DNA of 64,000 nucleotides, from positions 1,382-65,381 of the forward strand of contig JAFNAE010000001.1 in the NCBI GenBank assembly GCA_017860005.1, written 5' to 3'. Shown piece after piece: positions 1 through 9,095 of the stretch. The translations under genes and the position numbers were made by a program. Positions within the stretch are counted from its first letter, which is position 1; the number at the start of each line of letters is the position of its first letter. The stretch comes from Acidobacteriota bacterium. Its GTDB lineage: Bacteria > Acidobacteriota > Thermoanaerobaculia > Multivoradales > JAGPDF01. The notes beneath the pieces were generated by a model. The model saw only the letters and a list, made by a program, of their open reading frames with translations, searched no databases and was not told the origin of the DNA.

Positions 1-165
1 AACGGCCTCTCCACCAGCTTCGAGATCCTGCGCGTCCAGGACGATCTGACGGCCGCGCGCAGCCGGCTGGTCGACGCCGAGACCGGCTACCGCAAGGTGC
101 TGGTCGAGTATCATAAGTCGATCGGAAAGCTGCTCGAGTTCGTGGGCGTCTCGGTCGCCGACTGA
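1..165 (+). CDS. TolC-family outer membrane efflux protein, C-terminal fragment (5' partial)
   Basis: Frame 1 reads NGLSTSFEILRVQDDLTAARSRLVDAETGYRK...GKLL to TGA at 163-165, a typical OEP C-terminal helix; upstream of adaptor/ABC genes. Confidence 0.7.
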   Translation, partial: NGLSTSFEILRVQDDLTAARSRLVDAETGYRKVLVEYHKSIGKLLEFVGVSVAD

Positions 166-215
166 CCCCTGGGGCTGGAGGTCGAGACGGCCCACAGGTC
201 GTCCAGGAGGAGAGG

Positions 216-950
216 ATGGAGGAGGGCTCCGAGGTCCCGCCCCCGGAGGCCGGAGCGGGAGGCTCCAGCGCGCGTCTGTGCGCGCTCGTCCTCGTCTCTC
301 CGGAATCCGCCTTCCGGGTCATCGCCGCCCGCCCCGTCGTCGCACTGGCGTTGATCCTGCTGGTCCTGGCCGGCGCGCTCGCGGTCGGAATCGGGTTCTC
401 GAAGGTGAGCCCCGAGGACTACCTGCGCTCCATCGAGGATTCCGGGAGCGAGGTGCCGCCGCAGTTCAGAGAGGAACCGGAGCGGATGATGAGTCTGGTG
501 CGCTGGAGCTCGGTCGCCAGCGCGCTGCTCTTCGCCCCGCTCGTCTACTTCGCGGTGGCCGGCATCTTCCTGGTCGTGTTCCGCCTGCTGGGCAGCGAGA
601 TCGACTACCGGCGCAGCCTGAGCGTCACGCTGCACGGCCTGCTCCCGCTGGGCGTGGCGGCGCTGGTCGGCATCGTGATCGCGCTCGCGCGCGACCAGGT
701 CTCGCTGCAGGAGCTCCAGGGCGGTGGCCTGGTGATGTCCAACCTGGGATTCCTCGCCGGCGAAGAGACCTCCAAGGCGGCCCGCGCGCTGCTCACCAGC
801 GTCGACCTCTTCTCATTCTGGTCGATCGCGCTGCTCGGCCTCGGCTACCGGCTCGTGGCGCGCGTCTCCCCGGGCGCGGCCTGGAGCGCGGTCGGCGTGG
901 TGTGGGCGCTCGGCGTGGCCCTCAAGGTAGCCCTCGCGGCGGCCTTCTGA
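216..950 (+). CDS. Yip1-domain membrane protein (ABC exporter accessory)
   Basis: About 5 hydrophobic segments, SPxxAF N-terminal motif, AGGAG SD; context with adaptor and ABC genes. Confidence 0.75.
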   Translation: MEEGSEVPPPEAGAGGSSARLCALVLVSPESAFRVIAARPVVALALILLVLAGALAVGIGFSKVSPEDYLRSIEDSGSEVPPQFREEPERMMSLVRWSSVASALLFAPLVYFAVAGIFLVVFRLLGSEIDYRRSLSVTLHGLLPLGVAALVGIVIALARDQVSLQELQGGGLVMSNLGFLAGEETSKAARALLTSVDLFSFWSIALLGLGYRLVARVSPGAAWSAVGVVWALGVALKVALAAAF

Positions 951-966
951 ATCGGAGAGGCGGGGC

Positions 967-2198
967 GTGAAGCGGAAACTGTGGCTGGGCGCGGGTATCG
1001 CGCTCCTGCTCGTCGTCGTGGTGGTCGCGAGCGTGCGCTCCGGCTCCCGGAGCGAGACCGTCAAGGTCTACGCCGCCGGCGTCGCCAAGCGCGGCATCAC
1101 GCAGACCGTGCGCGCCAGCGGACAGATCAATCCGCGCGTCAAGGTCAACATCTCGGCGCACGTGATCGGCAAGATCGAAGAGCTCCACGTGCGCGAAGGC
1201 GACGCGATCGAGGCGGGGAAGCCCTTTCTGCGCCTCGAGCAGCAGGCCTACCTGGCGGCTCGCGACGACGCGCGCGCTCGGCTCGCCATGGCCGCGACCG
1301 AGCTCCAGCAGGCGGAGGTCTCGCTCGCCGATCAGGCGCTCCGGCTCACCCGCGCCGAGAGCCTCCACGGCCAGGGTATCGCCTCGAAAGAGGCCCTCGA
1401 ATCCGCACAGCTCCAGCATTCCTCGGCCGAGCTGCGGCTGCGCTCGGCGCGCGAGGGCGTCAGCCAGGCGCGGGCGCTGCTCGAGAAAGCCGACGACGAC
1501 CTGCGCAAGACGACCATCTACGCTCCGATCGGCGGGCGGGTCATCGCGCTCAACGCCGAACAGGGGGAGGTGGTCGTCTCGGGCACGATGAACAACCCCG
1601 CGTCGGTGATCGGCACCATCGCGGACCTCTCGGAGGTGCTGGCCGAGGTCGACGTGGACGAGACCGAGATCGTCCACGTCCGTCCCGGGCTCGCCGCGGC
1701 GGTCGAGGTCGACGCGCTCCCCGAAGTGCGCTACGAGGGACGCGTGGTCGAGGTCGGCAGCTCCGGCTACGCCAAGCCCCAGCAGCCCGACGTCCAGTTC
1801 TTCCGCGTCAAGATCCTGCTCGAGCGCCCGGACGACCGACTGCGCCCCGGCATGTCGGCGCGCGCCGAGGTGCGCGTGACCACCCACGACGCCGCCCTCG
1901 TGGTGCCGATCCAGGCGGTGGTCGAGCGCCCGCCCGTCGCGCCGTCCTCCGCCGCCGACGCGGTACCCGGCTCCGCCGCCGGCGAGGACGAGGTCCCGGT
2001 GGTGTTCGTCGTCGCCGAGCGCAAGGCCCGCCAGCGCGCCGTGAAGACCGGCATCTCGGACACGACGCACGTCGAGATCCTGGATGGCGCCGAGGAGGGC
2101 GAGCAGGTGGTGACCGGTCCCTACCGGGCGCTCAAGAAGCTGAAGGACGGCGACGTGGTGAAGGTCACGGTGGAGAAGGAGGAGGGGAATGGCCCTGA
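967..2198 (+). CDS. Efflux periplasmic adaptor subunit (MacA/HlyD family); no in-frame stop at the expected end
   Basis: N-terminal TM, lipoyl-like halves ([19 protein letters not shown]), EVDETEI, LRPGMSA; similarity ends ~2190 but the frame stays open to 4116; end given is the out-of-frame TGA at 2196-2198. Confidence 0.85.
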
Positions 2199-2887
2199 TC
2201 GAGCTCCGCGACGTGCGCAAGGTCTACGACATGGGCGCGGAGAGGGTCCACGCCCTGGCGGGAGTCGACCTCGACCTGGAGCGTGGCGAGTACGTGGCGA
2301 TCATGGGCCCGTCCGGCAGCGGCAAGTCCACGCTCATGAACCTGCTCGGCTGCCTGGACACCCCCAGCGCGGGGAGCTACCACCTCAACGGCGTCGCGGT
2401 CGAGTCGCTCAACGACGTCGAGCTGGCGGCGATCCGGAACCGCGAGATCGGCTTCGTCTTCCAGACCTTCAACCTCCTGGCGCGCACGAGCGCGCTGGAG
2501 AACGTGGAGCTGCCCCTCGTCTACGCCGGCGTGCACCGGCGGGAGCGGCGCGAGAAGGCGAGCCGGGCGCTCGCGCGCGTCGGGCTCGCCGACCGGGCGC
2601 GCCACCAGCCGAGCGAGCTCTCGGGGGGGCAGCGCCAGCGCGTGGCGATCGCGCGCGCGCTCGTCAACTCGCCGTCGATCCTGCTCGCCGACGAGCCCAC
2701 CGGCAACCTCGACTCGGCGACGTCCGAGGAGATCATGGGGCTCTTCGACGACCTCCACGGCCAGGGCAACACGGTGATCCTGGTCACCCACGAGGCGGAG
2801 ATCGCGGTCCACGCCCTGCGCCGCGTGCTCCTGCGCGACGGACGGGTGGTGAGCGACGAGCGTCCCGCAGCGCGCGACGGGGCCTGA
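2189..2887 (+). CDS. ABC transporter ATP-binding protein (MacB/LolD type)
   Basis: Walker [18 protein letters not shown] signature, [22 protein letters not shown]. Confidence 0.95.
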   Translation: MALIELRDVRKVYDMGAERVHALAGVDLDLERGEYVAIMGPSGSGKSTLMNLLGCLDTPSAGSYHLNGVAVESLNDVELAAIRNREIGFVFQTFNLLARTSALENVELPLVYAGVHRRERREKASRALARVGLADRARHQPSELSGGQRQRVAIARALVNSPSILLADEPTGNLDSATSEEIMGLFDDLHGQGNTVILVTHEAEIAVHALRRVLLRDGRVVSDERPAARDGA

Positions 2888-2889
2888 GC

Positions 2890-4116
2890 ATGGTCGTCGC
2901 CGAGAACTTCCGGATCGCCTTCAAGGCGCTGCGCGCCAACAAGATGCGCTCAGTGCTGACGACCCTCGGAATCATCATCGGCGTCGCCGCCGTGATCGCC
3001 GTGGTGTCGCTCGTCCAGGGGCTCCAGTACGTGATCACGAAGGAGCTGCAGGGAGTGGGCGCGACCTACGTCATGGTGCTGCCCGCCCAGGACGACAACC
3101 GGGGACCGGGCATCGTCGCACGCCAGGTCCGCCTGACCTGGGACGACGGGCGGGCGATCCTCGACCAGGTACCGGGGATCCGGCTCATGACGCCGCTGAT
3201 CGGCGGTCGCGCCACGGTCAAGTACCGCGACCGTCAGCACGACCCCGACTTCGTGTTCGGCGTCAACCAGAACTGGCCCGAGGTCAGCAACTACACGGTC
3301 GACCGCGGCCGCTTCTTCTCCCGCCTCGATCTCGCCGAGCGCCGCAAGGTCGCCGTCATCGGCCCCGACATCGTGGACGAGCTGCTGCTCGGTCCCGATC
3401 CGGTCGGACGCCCGATCTACGTCGGCAATCTGCCGGTGACCGTGATCGGCGTGATGGAGAAGCGGGGCGTCTCGCTCGGGACCGACATCGACAACCTGGT
3501 CTTCGTGCCGTTCGACACCGCCCTGGCGCTGTTCGGGCGCAGCGCCGCGGATCAGGTCCAGCTGCGCCTCCAGACCGACAGCGCCGAGGTGGTGGAGCAG
3601 GTCAAGGACGAGATCACCCGGGTGCTCCGGGTCCGCCACCGCATCGCCGAGGGCCAGCCGGACGACTTCGAGGTCGTGCTCCAGGACGAGATCCTCAAGA
3701 CCGTCGGCTCGATCCTGGGCAGCGTGACCGCCGTGGTGGGCGGCGTGGTCGGCATCGCGCTGCTGGTGGGCGGCATCGGCATCATGAACATCATGCTCGT
3801 CTCGGTGACCGAGCGGACGCGCGAGATCGGCGTGCGCAAGGCGGTCGGAGCGCGGCGCCAGGACGTTCTGGTCCAGTTCCTGATCGAGGCCGTGACCCTG
3901 TCCCTGGTCGGCGGCGGACTCGGCGTGGGGCTCGGTTTCGCCCTCGGCGCGGGGGTCGCCAAGGCGCTGCCCGGCGACTGGCCGGCCGCGCACGTCCCGC
4001 TCTGGGCGGTGCTGCTGGCGCTCGGCTTCTCGGTCCTGGTCGGGGTCTTCTTCGGCATCTACCCGGCCGGCAAGGCCTCGCGCCTCGACCCGATCGAGGC
4101 CCTGCGCTACGAGTAG
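2890..4116 (+). CDS. ABC transporter permease (MacB/FtsX family)
   Basis: NKMRSVLTTLGIIIG, GGIGIMNIMLVSVTERTREIG, LDPIEALRYE. Confidence 0.95.
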   Translation: MVVAENFRIAFKALRANKMRSVLTTLGIIIGVAAVIAVVSLVQGLQYVITKELQGVGATYVMVLPAQDDNRGPGIVARQVRLTWDDGRAILDQVPGIRLMTPLIGGRATVKYRDRQHDPDFVFGVNQNWPEVSNYTVDRGRFFSRLDLAERRKVAVIGPDIVDELLLGPDPVGRPIYVGNLPVTVIGVMEKRGVSLGTDIDNLVFVPFDTALALFGRSAADQVQLRLQTDSAEVVEQVKDEITRVLRVRHRIAEGQPDDFEVVLQDEILKTVGSILGSVTAVVGGVVGIALLVGGIGIMNIMLVSVTERTREIGVRKAVGARRQDVLVQFLIEAVTLSLVGGGLGVGLGFALGAGVAKALPGDWPAAHVPLWAVLLALGFSVLVGVFFGIYPAGKASRLDPIEALRYE

Positions 4117-4153
4117 GCAGGAGGCATCCCGGAGGTCCGGCTCCGGGGAGCGT

Positions 4154-4240
4154 TGGTGCCGGAGGTGGGAGTCGAACCCACACACCCGTGAAGGGCGGGG
4201 GATTTTGAGTCCCCTGCGTCTGCCATTCCGCCACTCCGGC
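4154..4240 (-). tRNA. tRNA-Leu (CAA)
   Basis: Reverse complement GCCGGAGTGGCGGAATGGCAGACGCAGGGGACTCAAAATCCCC...GGTTCGACTCCCACCTCCGGCACCA; long variable arm, CCA end. Confidence 0.97.
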
Positions 4241-4345
4241 GTCCGGGCGTAGGATGCCACAGCCGCCCGCGACCCGGGACCGGCCCGGGTCGGACGGTGT
4301 CTCCTGGAGAGGTCGTTTGCGCTCCGGTTGCGCCCTCCCAATCCC

Positions 4346-4374
4346 TTGACGAAAGGCCTCGGTTGGGGTATCCT
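4346..4374 (+). promoter_or_regulatory. Sigma70-type promoter of carD
   Basis: TTGACG-N17-TATCCT. Confidence 0.7.
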
Positions 4375-4440
4375 TGCCGCGCGGTGGTTTTCGTCGCATC
4401 TAGTTGTGAACCCGACACTTAGACGAAGGGAGCGCGGCAC

Positions 4441-4953
4441 GTGAGCTTCAAGGTCGGCCAGAAGGTCGTCTACCCGAACCACGGAGTCACCGTCGTCGAG
4501 GACATCGCCACCAGCTTCATCGACGGCGCCGAGAGGACCTGCTACCACCTGCGCCTGCTGTCCAGCAATTCGAAGGTCATGGTGCCGAAGGACAATCTCG
4601 ATCTGGTCGGCCTGCGTCCGCTGTGCGAGCCGCGGGACATCAGGAACGTGCTGACCATCCTCGAGAACGGCAGTTTCGAGGCGCAAAAGGACTGGAAGGG
4701 CCGCTACAAGCAGAACGTCGAGAAGATGAAGACCGGCCGCATCACCGAGGTGGCGGAAGTGCTGAAGAACCTCAAGTTCGTCAGCCAGAGGAAGAGCCTC
4801 TCGTTCCGCGAGAAGAAGATGTTCGAGCGGGCCCGCCACTTCATCGTCAGCGAGCTCGCGCACGTCAAGGGCATGTCCGAGCGCGACGCCGAGGTGCAGA
4901 TCGAGAAGGCCCTGACGTCGAGCCTCGCCAAGCGGGAGAAGCTGGCCAGCTGA
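4441..4953 (+). CDS. carD: CarD/CdnL family RNA polymerase-binding regulator
   Basis: FKVGQKVVYPNHGV, conserved wedge Trp (DWKGRY), SFREKKM. Confidence 0.92.
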   Translation: MSFKVGQKVVYPNHGVTVVEDIATSFIDGAERTCYHLRLLSSNSKVMVPKDNLDLVGLRPLCEPRDIRNVLTILENGSFEAQKDWKGRYKQNVEKMKTGRITEVAEVLKNLKFVSQRKSLSFREKKMFERARHFIVSELAHVKGMSERDAEVQIEKALTSSLAKREKLAS

Positions 4954-4978
4954 GTCCGGGCACGCCTCGGGCGCTCCA

Positions 4979-5008
4979 GGGGCCGCGCTCCCCACCCGGC
5001 GCGGCCCC
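4979..5008 (+). terminator. GC-rich hairpin after carD, possible terminator
   Basis: GGGGCCGCGC-N10-GCGCGGCCCC; weak T tail. Confidence 0.35.
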
Positions 5009-5029
5009 GACTATTTCCGGGGGTCCTCT

Positions 5030-5635
5030 TTGAATCGAGACCACGCCCTCTTCCTCCTGATCGGCCTGCTCGCAGGCTTCATCGGCGGCTATCTCGGGCA
5101 CGAGTCGATGGCCGGCGTCCAGCCGGCCCGGCTCGTGCCCGGCGCGCCCGCCCCGTCCGCGCCGATGGGGCCCGGGGCGCCGGCGGCCCCGGCGACGCCC
5201 GCCGGCGGCGGTCCGGCAATGGCCGAGATCCAGGAGCTCCAGGCGACGCTCGAGCGCAACCCCGACGACGCCGGCGCGCTGCTCCGGCTGGCGAACCTGA
5301 ACTTCGACATCCAGCGCTGGGATCGCGCCGCGGAGCTCTACGAGCGCTACCTCGCCCTGCGTCCCGGCGACCCCGACGTGCTCACCGATCTCGGCATCAC
5401 GCTGCGCGCGCGGGGCGATTTCGCGGGTGCCCTGGAGCGATTCCGGAGCGCGCAGAAGCTGGCGCCCGATCACTGGCAGGCGCGCTTCAACGAGATCGTC
5501 GTGCTGGCCTTCGACCAGCGTGACCTGGAGGGCGCCGAGGCGGCGCTCTCGGAGCTCGAGCAGCGGGCGCCGGGCAATCCGGACGTGAGCCGCCTGGCGG
5601 GAGAGGTCCGCCGCCTCAAGGAAGCGGGGGAGTGA
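5030..5635 (+). CDS. Membrane-anchored tetratricopeptide repeat protein
   Basis: N-terminal TM, Pro/Ala linker, TPR-like repeats (NPDDAGALLRLAN; PGDPDVLTDLG); TTG start. Confidence 0.8.
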   Translation: MNRDHALFLLIGLLAGFIGGYLGHESMAGVQPARLVPGAPAPSAPMGPGAPAAPATPAGGGPAMAEIQELQATLERNPDDAGALLRLANLNFDIQRWDRAAELYERYLALRPGDPDVLTDLGITLRARGDFAGALERFRSAQKLAPDHWQARFNEIVVLAFDQRDLEGAEAALSELEQRAPGNPDVSRLAGEVRRLKEAGE

Positions 5636-8073
5636 CCCGCGCGCCCGCGCGCGCCGGATTCGCCGAAGTCGCCGTCCCGTTGCCGCTGACGGGGCCGCTC
5701 ACCTACTCGATTCCCGCCGAGCTCGTCCGCCGTGTCGGACCCGGCCAACGGGTCCGGGTGCCGGTCGGGAAGCGAACCGTCACCGGAGTCGTCTGGAGGC
5801 TGGTCGACGAGGCGCCCGAAGGGGTGACGCCGCGCGACCTCGCCGCGCTCTCCGACCTCGAGCCCGTGCTGCCGGCCGACCTGCTCGAGCTCGCCCACTT
5901 CATCTCGGAGTACTACCTGGCGCCCCTGGGCGAGGTCGTGGCCGCCATGCTGCCGCAGGACCTGCCGCCCTGGGGTGACCGCCGGGTGGCGCTCACCGAC
6001 GCCGGGGCGGTCGCTCCGGCCCGTGACGAGTTCGAGTCGAAGCTGCGCGGCGTTCTGCTCGAGCGCGGCGGAGCGACCCTCTCGGCGCTGTTGCGCGAGT
6101 TCGACGAGGAGGACCTCGCGGAGCGCGTCGAGCTGCTGATCGCGGACGGCCGGCTCGCCTCCAGGGAACCGGGGGGACGAGGCCGGCGCTATCTGGCGGC
6201 GGTCGAGCGCGCGCCCGGGGAGCTCGCGGAGCAGCTCGCCCTCTGCGGCCGCTCCCTGCCCGGCCGCCGCCTGCTCGAACACCTCGCCGCGCTGGGTCGC
6301 CCGGCCACGCTGGCCGAGCTGCGGGCCGAGGCCGGCATCAGCGACGGCGTCGTGCGCCGCCTCGCAGGCCTCGGCCTGCTGCGGCGCTTCTCCCAGCCCG
6401 GCCGCCTCACCCTGGAGCGCCATCTCCTGGCCCGCGAGCGCGGGCCGGACGCGGGCCCGGTGGTGCTGCGCGGCGACCAGACTCGCGCCCTGGACGAGCT
6501 CCTGTCCGCGCTCGCAGGGCGCCGCTTTGAACGCTTCCTGCTCCAGGGCGTGACCGGCTCCGGCAAGACCGAGGTCTACCTCCGCGCGGCCGAGGCAACG
6601 GTCGCGGCGGGCCGCTCGGTGCTCCTGCTGGTGCCCGAGATCGCGCTCGTGCCGGCGCTGGCCCGCGCCGTCGCCGAGCGCTTCGGCGCTCGCTCGGCGG
6701 TGCTGCACTCGGGCCTGGGCGGCGCCGAACGGCACCAGGAGTGGGAGCGCATCCGGAGCGGCGAGGCGTCGGTCGTGGTCGGTCCGCGCTCTGCGCTCTT
6801 CGCGCCGCTTCCGGATCTCGGCCTGGTGGTGGTGGACGAAGAACAGGACCTGGCCTACAAGCAGGAGACCTCCCCGCGCTATCACGGTCGCGACCTCGCG
6901 CTGGTGCGCGCGCGCGCCGCGGGGGCGGTGGCGCTGCTGGTGTCCGCGACGCCCAGCCTCGAGACGCGGCTCGCCGCGGACCGCGGCAGGCTCCGGCGGC
7001 TTCGGCTCACCGAGCGAGTCGGCATCGGCCGGCTGCCCGAGGGGCTCCTGGTCGACCTGCGCCAGCAGGGCCCGGTCGGGCGCCCCGGGGAGCTCCTGTT
7101 CTCGGAGCCGCTCCTGGCGGAGCTCGACGCGGCGCTGGCAGCCGGGGACCAGGTGATCCTGCTCCGCAATCGGCGGGGCTACGCCCCGATGCTGCTCTGC
7201 CGGTCGTGCGGGGAGGATTTTCGCTGCCCCGACTGCGGCCTGGCGCGCACCTTCCACCGGCGCGCGAACCGGCTCATCTGTCACTACTGCGGCGGCTTCG
7301 TCGCCGTGCCGGCGGCCTGCCCGACCTGTCGCGCCGAGGCGCTCGATCCGCTGGGCGCCGGTACGGAGCGGGTGGAGGAGGAGCTCGCCCGGCTCCGTCC
7401 GGGAACGGCGCTCGACGTCCTCGATCGCGACGCGACCCGCCGGCTGGGGGGCGCCGCGGCGATCCTCGAGCGCTTCCGCCGCGGCGAGACGCGCGTCCTG
7501 ATCGGGACCCAGATGCTCTCCAAAGGGCACCACTTCCCGGGCGTGGCGCTGACCGCCGTCCTCTCGGCCGACAGCTACCTCGGGTTCCCCGACTTCCGCG
7601 CGGTGGAACGCACCTACGCCCTGCTCACGCAGATCTCGGGACGCGCGGGCCGCGGCGAGCGCCCTGGCCGGGTCGTGCTACAGACGTTCCACCCCGAGCA
7701 CTACGCCATCCGCGCCGCGCTCGACCACGACGACGAGGCCTTCGCGGCGCAGGAGATGCGCTTCCGGGAGATCTTCGGCTACCCGCCGTTCTCGCGCCTC
7801 GTGCTGCTGCTGTCCCGCGACCGCCATCGGGAGCGCGCTCTCGACCGGTTGCGCGAGGTCGCCGCGCGTCTCGACGCTCCTGCGCGCGCCGAGGGATTGC
7901 GAGTGACGGGGCCCGCTCCCGCTCCCTTCGAGCGGCTGCGCGGAGAGTGGCGATTCCAGTGCCTCGTGCGCGGTCCCTCCGGCAGCGCGGTGCGCCGGGT
8001 GGTCGCGGCCGCCCTGGCCGGCCGTGCGCCCGGCGAGATCTCGGTGGACGTGGATCCCTTCCAGCTGCTCTGA
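5632..8073 (+). CDS. priA: Primosomal protein N' (replication restart helicase)
   Basis: GVTGSGKTEVY, DEEQD, SATPS, Cys-rich zinc motifs, QISGRAGR, VDVDP. Confidence 0.96.
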   Translation: MTRAPARAGFAEVAVPLPLTGPLTYSIPAELVRRVGPGQRVRVPVGKRTVTGVVWRLVDEAPEGVTPRDLAALSDLEPVLPADLLELAHFISEYYLAPLGEVVAAMLPQDLPPWGDRRVALTDAGAVAPARDEFESKLRGVLLERGGATLSALLREFDEEDLAERVELLIADGRLASREPGGRGRRYLAAVERAPGELAEQLALCGRSLPGRRLLEHLAALGRPATLAELRAEAGISDGVVRRLAGLGLLRRFSQPGRLTLERHLLARERGPDAGPVVLRGDQTRALDELLSALAGRRFERFLLQGVTGSGKTEVYLRAAEATVAAGRSVLLLVPEIALVPALARAVAERFGARSAVLHSGLGGAERHQEWERIRSGEASVVVGPRSALFAPLPDLGLVVVDEEQDLAYKQETSPRYHGRDLALVRARAAGAVALLVSATPSLETRLAADRGRLRRLRLTERVGIGRLPEGLLVDLRQQGPVGRPGELLFSEPLLAELDAALAAGDQVILLRNRRGYAPMLLCRSCGEDFRCPDCGLARTFHRRANRLICHYCGGFVAVPAACPTCRAEALDPLGAGTERVEEELARLRPGTALDVLDRDATRRLGGAAAILERFRRGETRVLIGTQMLSKGHHFPGVALTAVLSADSYLGFPDFRAVERTYALLTQISGRAGRGERPGRVVLQTFHPEHYAIRAALDHDDEAFAAQEMRFREIFGYPPFSRLVLLLSRDRHRERALDRLREVAARLDAPARAEGLRVTGPAPAPFERLRGEWRFQCLVRGPSGSAVRRVVAAALAGRAPGEISVDVDPFQLL

Positions 8074-8099
8074 GCCGGGCGCGCAACCCGAGGCGAGGT

Positions 8100-8129
8100 T
8101 TGACGCTGTTTCGGCGCGCCTGCTAACGT
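8100..8129 (+). promoter_or_regulatory. Sigma70-type promoter of accA
   Basis: TTGACG-N18-TAACGT with extended TG, 10 nt before ATG, no SD. Confidence 0.5.
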
Positions 8130-8139
8130 TCCCGGCTCG

Positions 8140-9090
8140 ATGTCCGTGGAAGTCCCCTTCGAAGAGCCCCTGATCGAGCTCCGCCGCCGCATCGAGGAGC
8201 TCGAGGGCTATCCCGCCGGCAGCGGGCGCGAGCGCGAGCTGTCCAGCCTGCGCTCGGAGCTGCGCGAGCGCACGCGCGAGGTCTACGGCGGGCTGAACCG
8301 CTGGCAGAAGACGCTCGTCGCCCGCCATTCGGAGCGCCCGTACACCCTCGACTACGTCGGATTCCTCATGGACGAATGGGTCGAGCTGCACGGCGATCGC
8401 GGCTTCGCGGACGATCCCGCCATCGTGGCCGGCCTGGCGCGCTTCCGCGGGCGCTCCGTGGCGGTGGTCGGCCACCAGAAGGGTCGGGGCACCAAGGAGA
8501 GGATCGCGCGCAATTTCGGGCAGCCCCGGCCGGAGGGGTACCGGAAGGCGCTCCGGGTGATGCGGCTCGCCGAGCGATTCGGCCGGCCCGTGATCACGTT
8601 CATCGACACCCCGGGGGCGTTCCCGGGGCTCGACGCGGAGGAGCGCGGGCAGGCCGAGGCGATCGCCCGCAACCTGGTCGAGATGTCGGTGCTCGCGGTG
8701 CCGATCGTCGTCATGGTGACCGGCGAAGGCGGGAGCGGCGGCGCGCTGGCGCTGGGGGTGGGCGACCGGATCCTGATCCTCGAGTACGGCGTCTACTCGG
8801 TGATCTCCCCCGAGGGCTGCGCGGCGATCCTCTGGAAGGACCAGGAGAAGAAGAGCCAGGCCGCCGAGGCGATGAAGCTCACCGCGCCCGACCTGCTCGA
8901 GCTGGGGGTCGTCGACGAGATCGTGCGCGAACCGCTCGGAGCCGCCCACACCGCGCCCGAGGAGACCGCGCGCTCGGTCGGCGACGCGCTCGCGAAGGCG
9001 CTCGACGAGCTGGAGCGCCTGCCGGTCGACCAGCTCCTCGCCCGGCGCTACGCCAAGTTCCGCGCCCTCGGCGTCTTCGAGGAAGCCTAG
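8140..9090 (+). CDS. accA: Acetyl-CoA carboxylase carboxyltransferase alpha
   Basis: ELHGDR, PEGYRKALR, AEERGQAEAIA, GEGGSGGAL, VISPEGCAAILW. Confidence 0.97.
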   Translation: MSVEVPFEEPLIELRRRIEELEGYPAGSGRERELSSLRSELRERTREVYGGLNRWQKTLVARHSERPYTLDYVGFLMDEWVELHGDRGFADDPAIVAGLARFRGRSVAVVGHQKGRGTKERIARNFGQPRPEGYRKALRVMRLAERFGRPVITFIDTPGAFPGLDAEERGQAEAIARNLVEMSVLAVPIVVMVTGEGGSGGALALGVGDRILILEYGVYSVISPEGCAAILWKDQEKKSQAAEAMKLTAPDLLELGVVDEIVREPLGAAHTAPEETARSVGDALAKALDELERLPVDQLLARRYAKFRALGVFEEA

Positions 9091-9095
9091 GACCC

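Noticed and set aside
4270..4292. Hairpin CGACCCGGG-N5-CCCGGGTCG between the tRNA-Leu and carD promoters
   Set aside because: GC-rich stem, single copy, no assignable function
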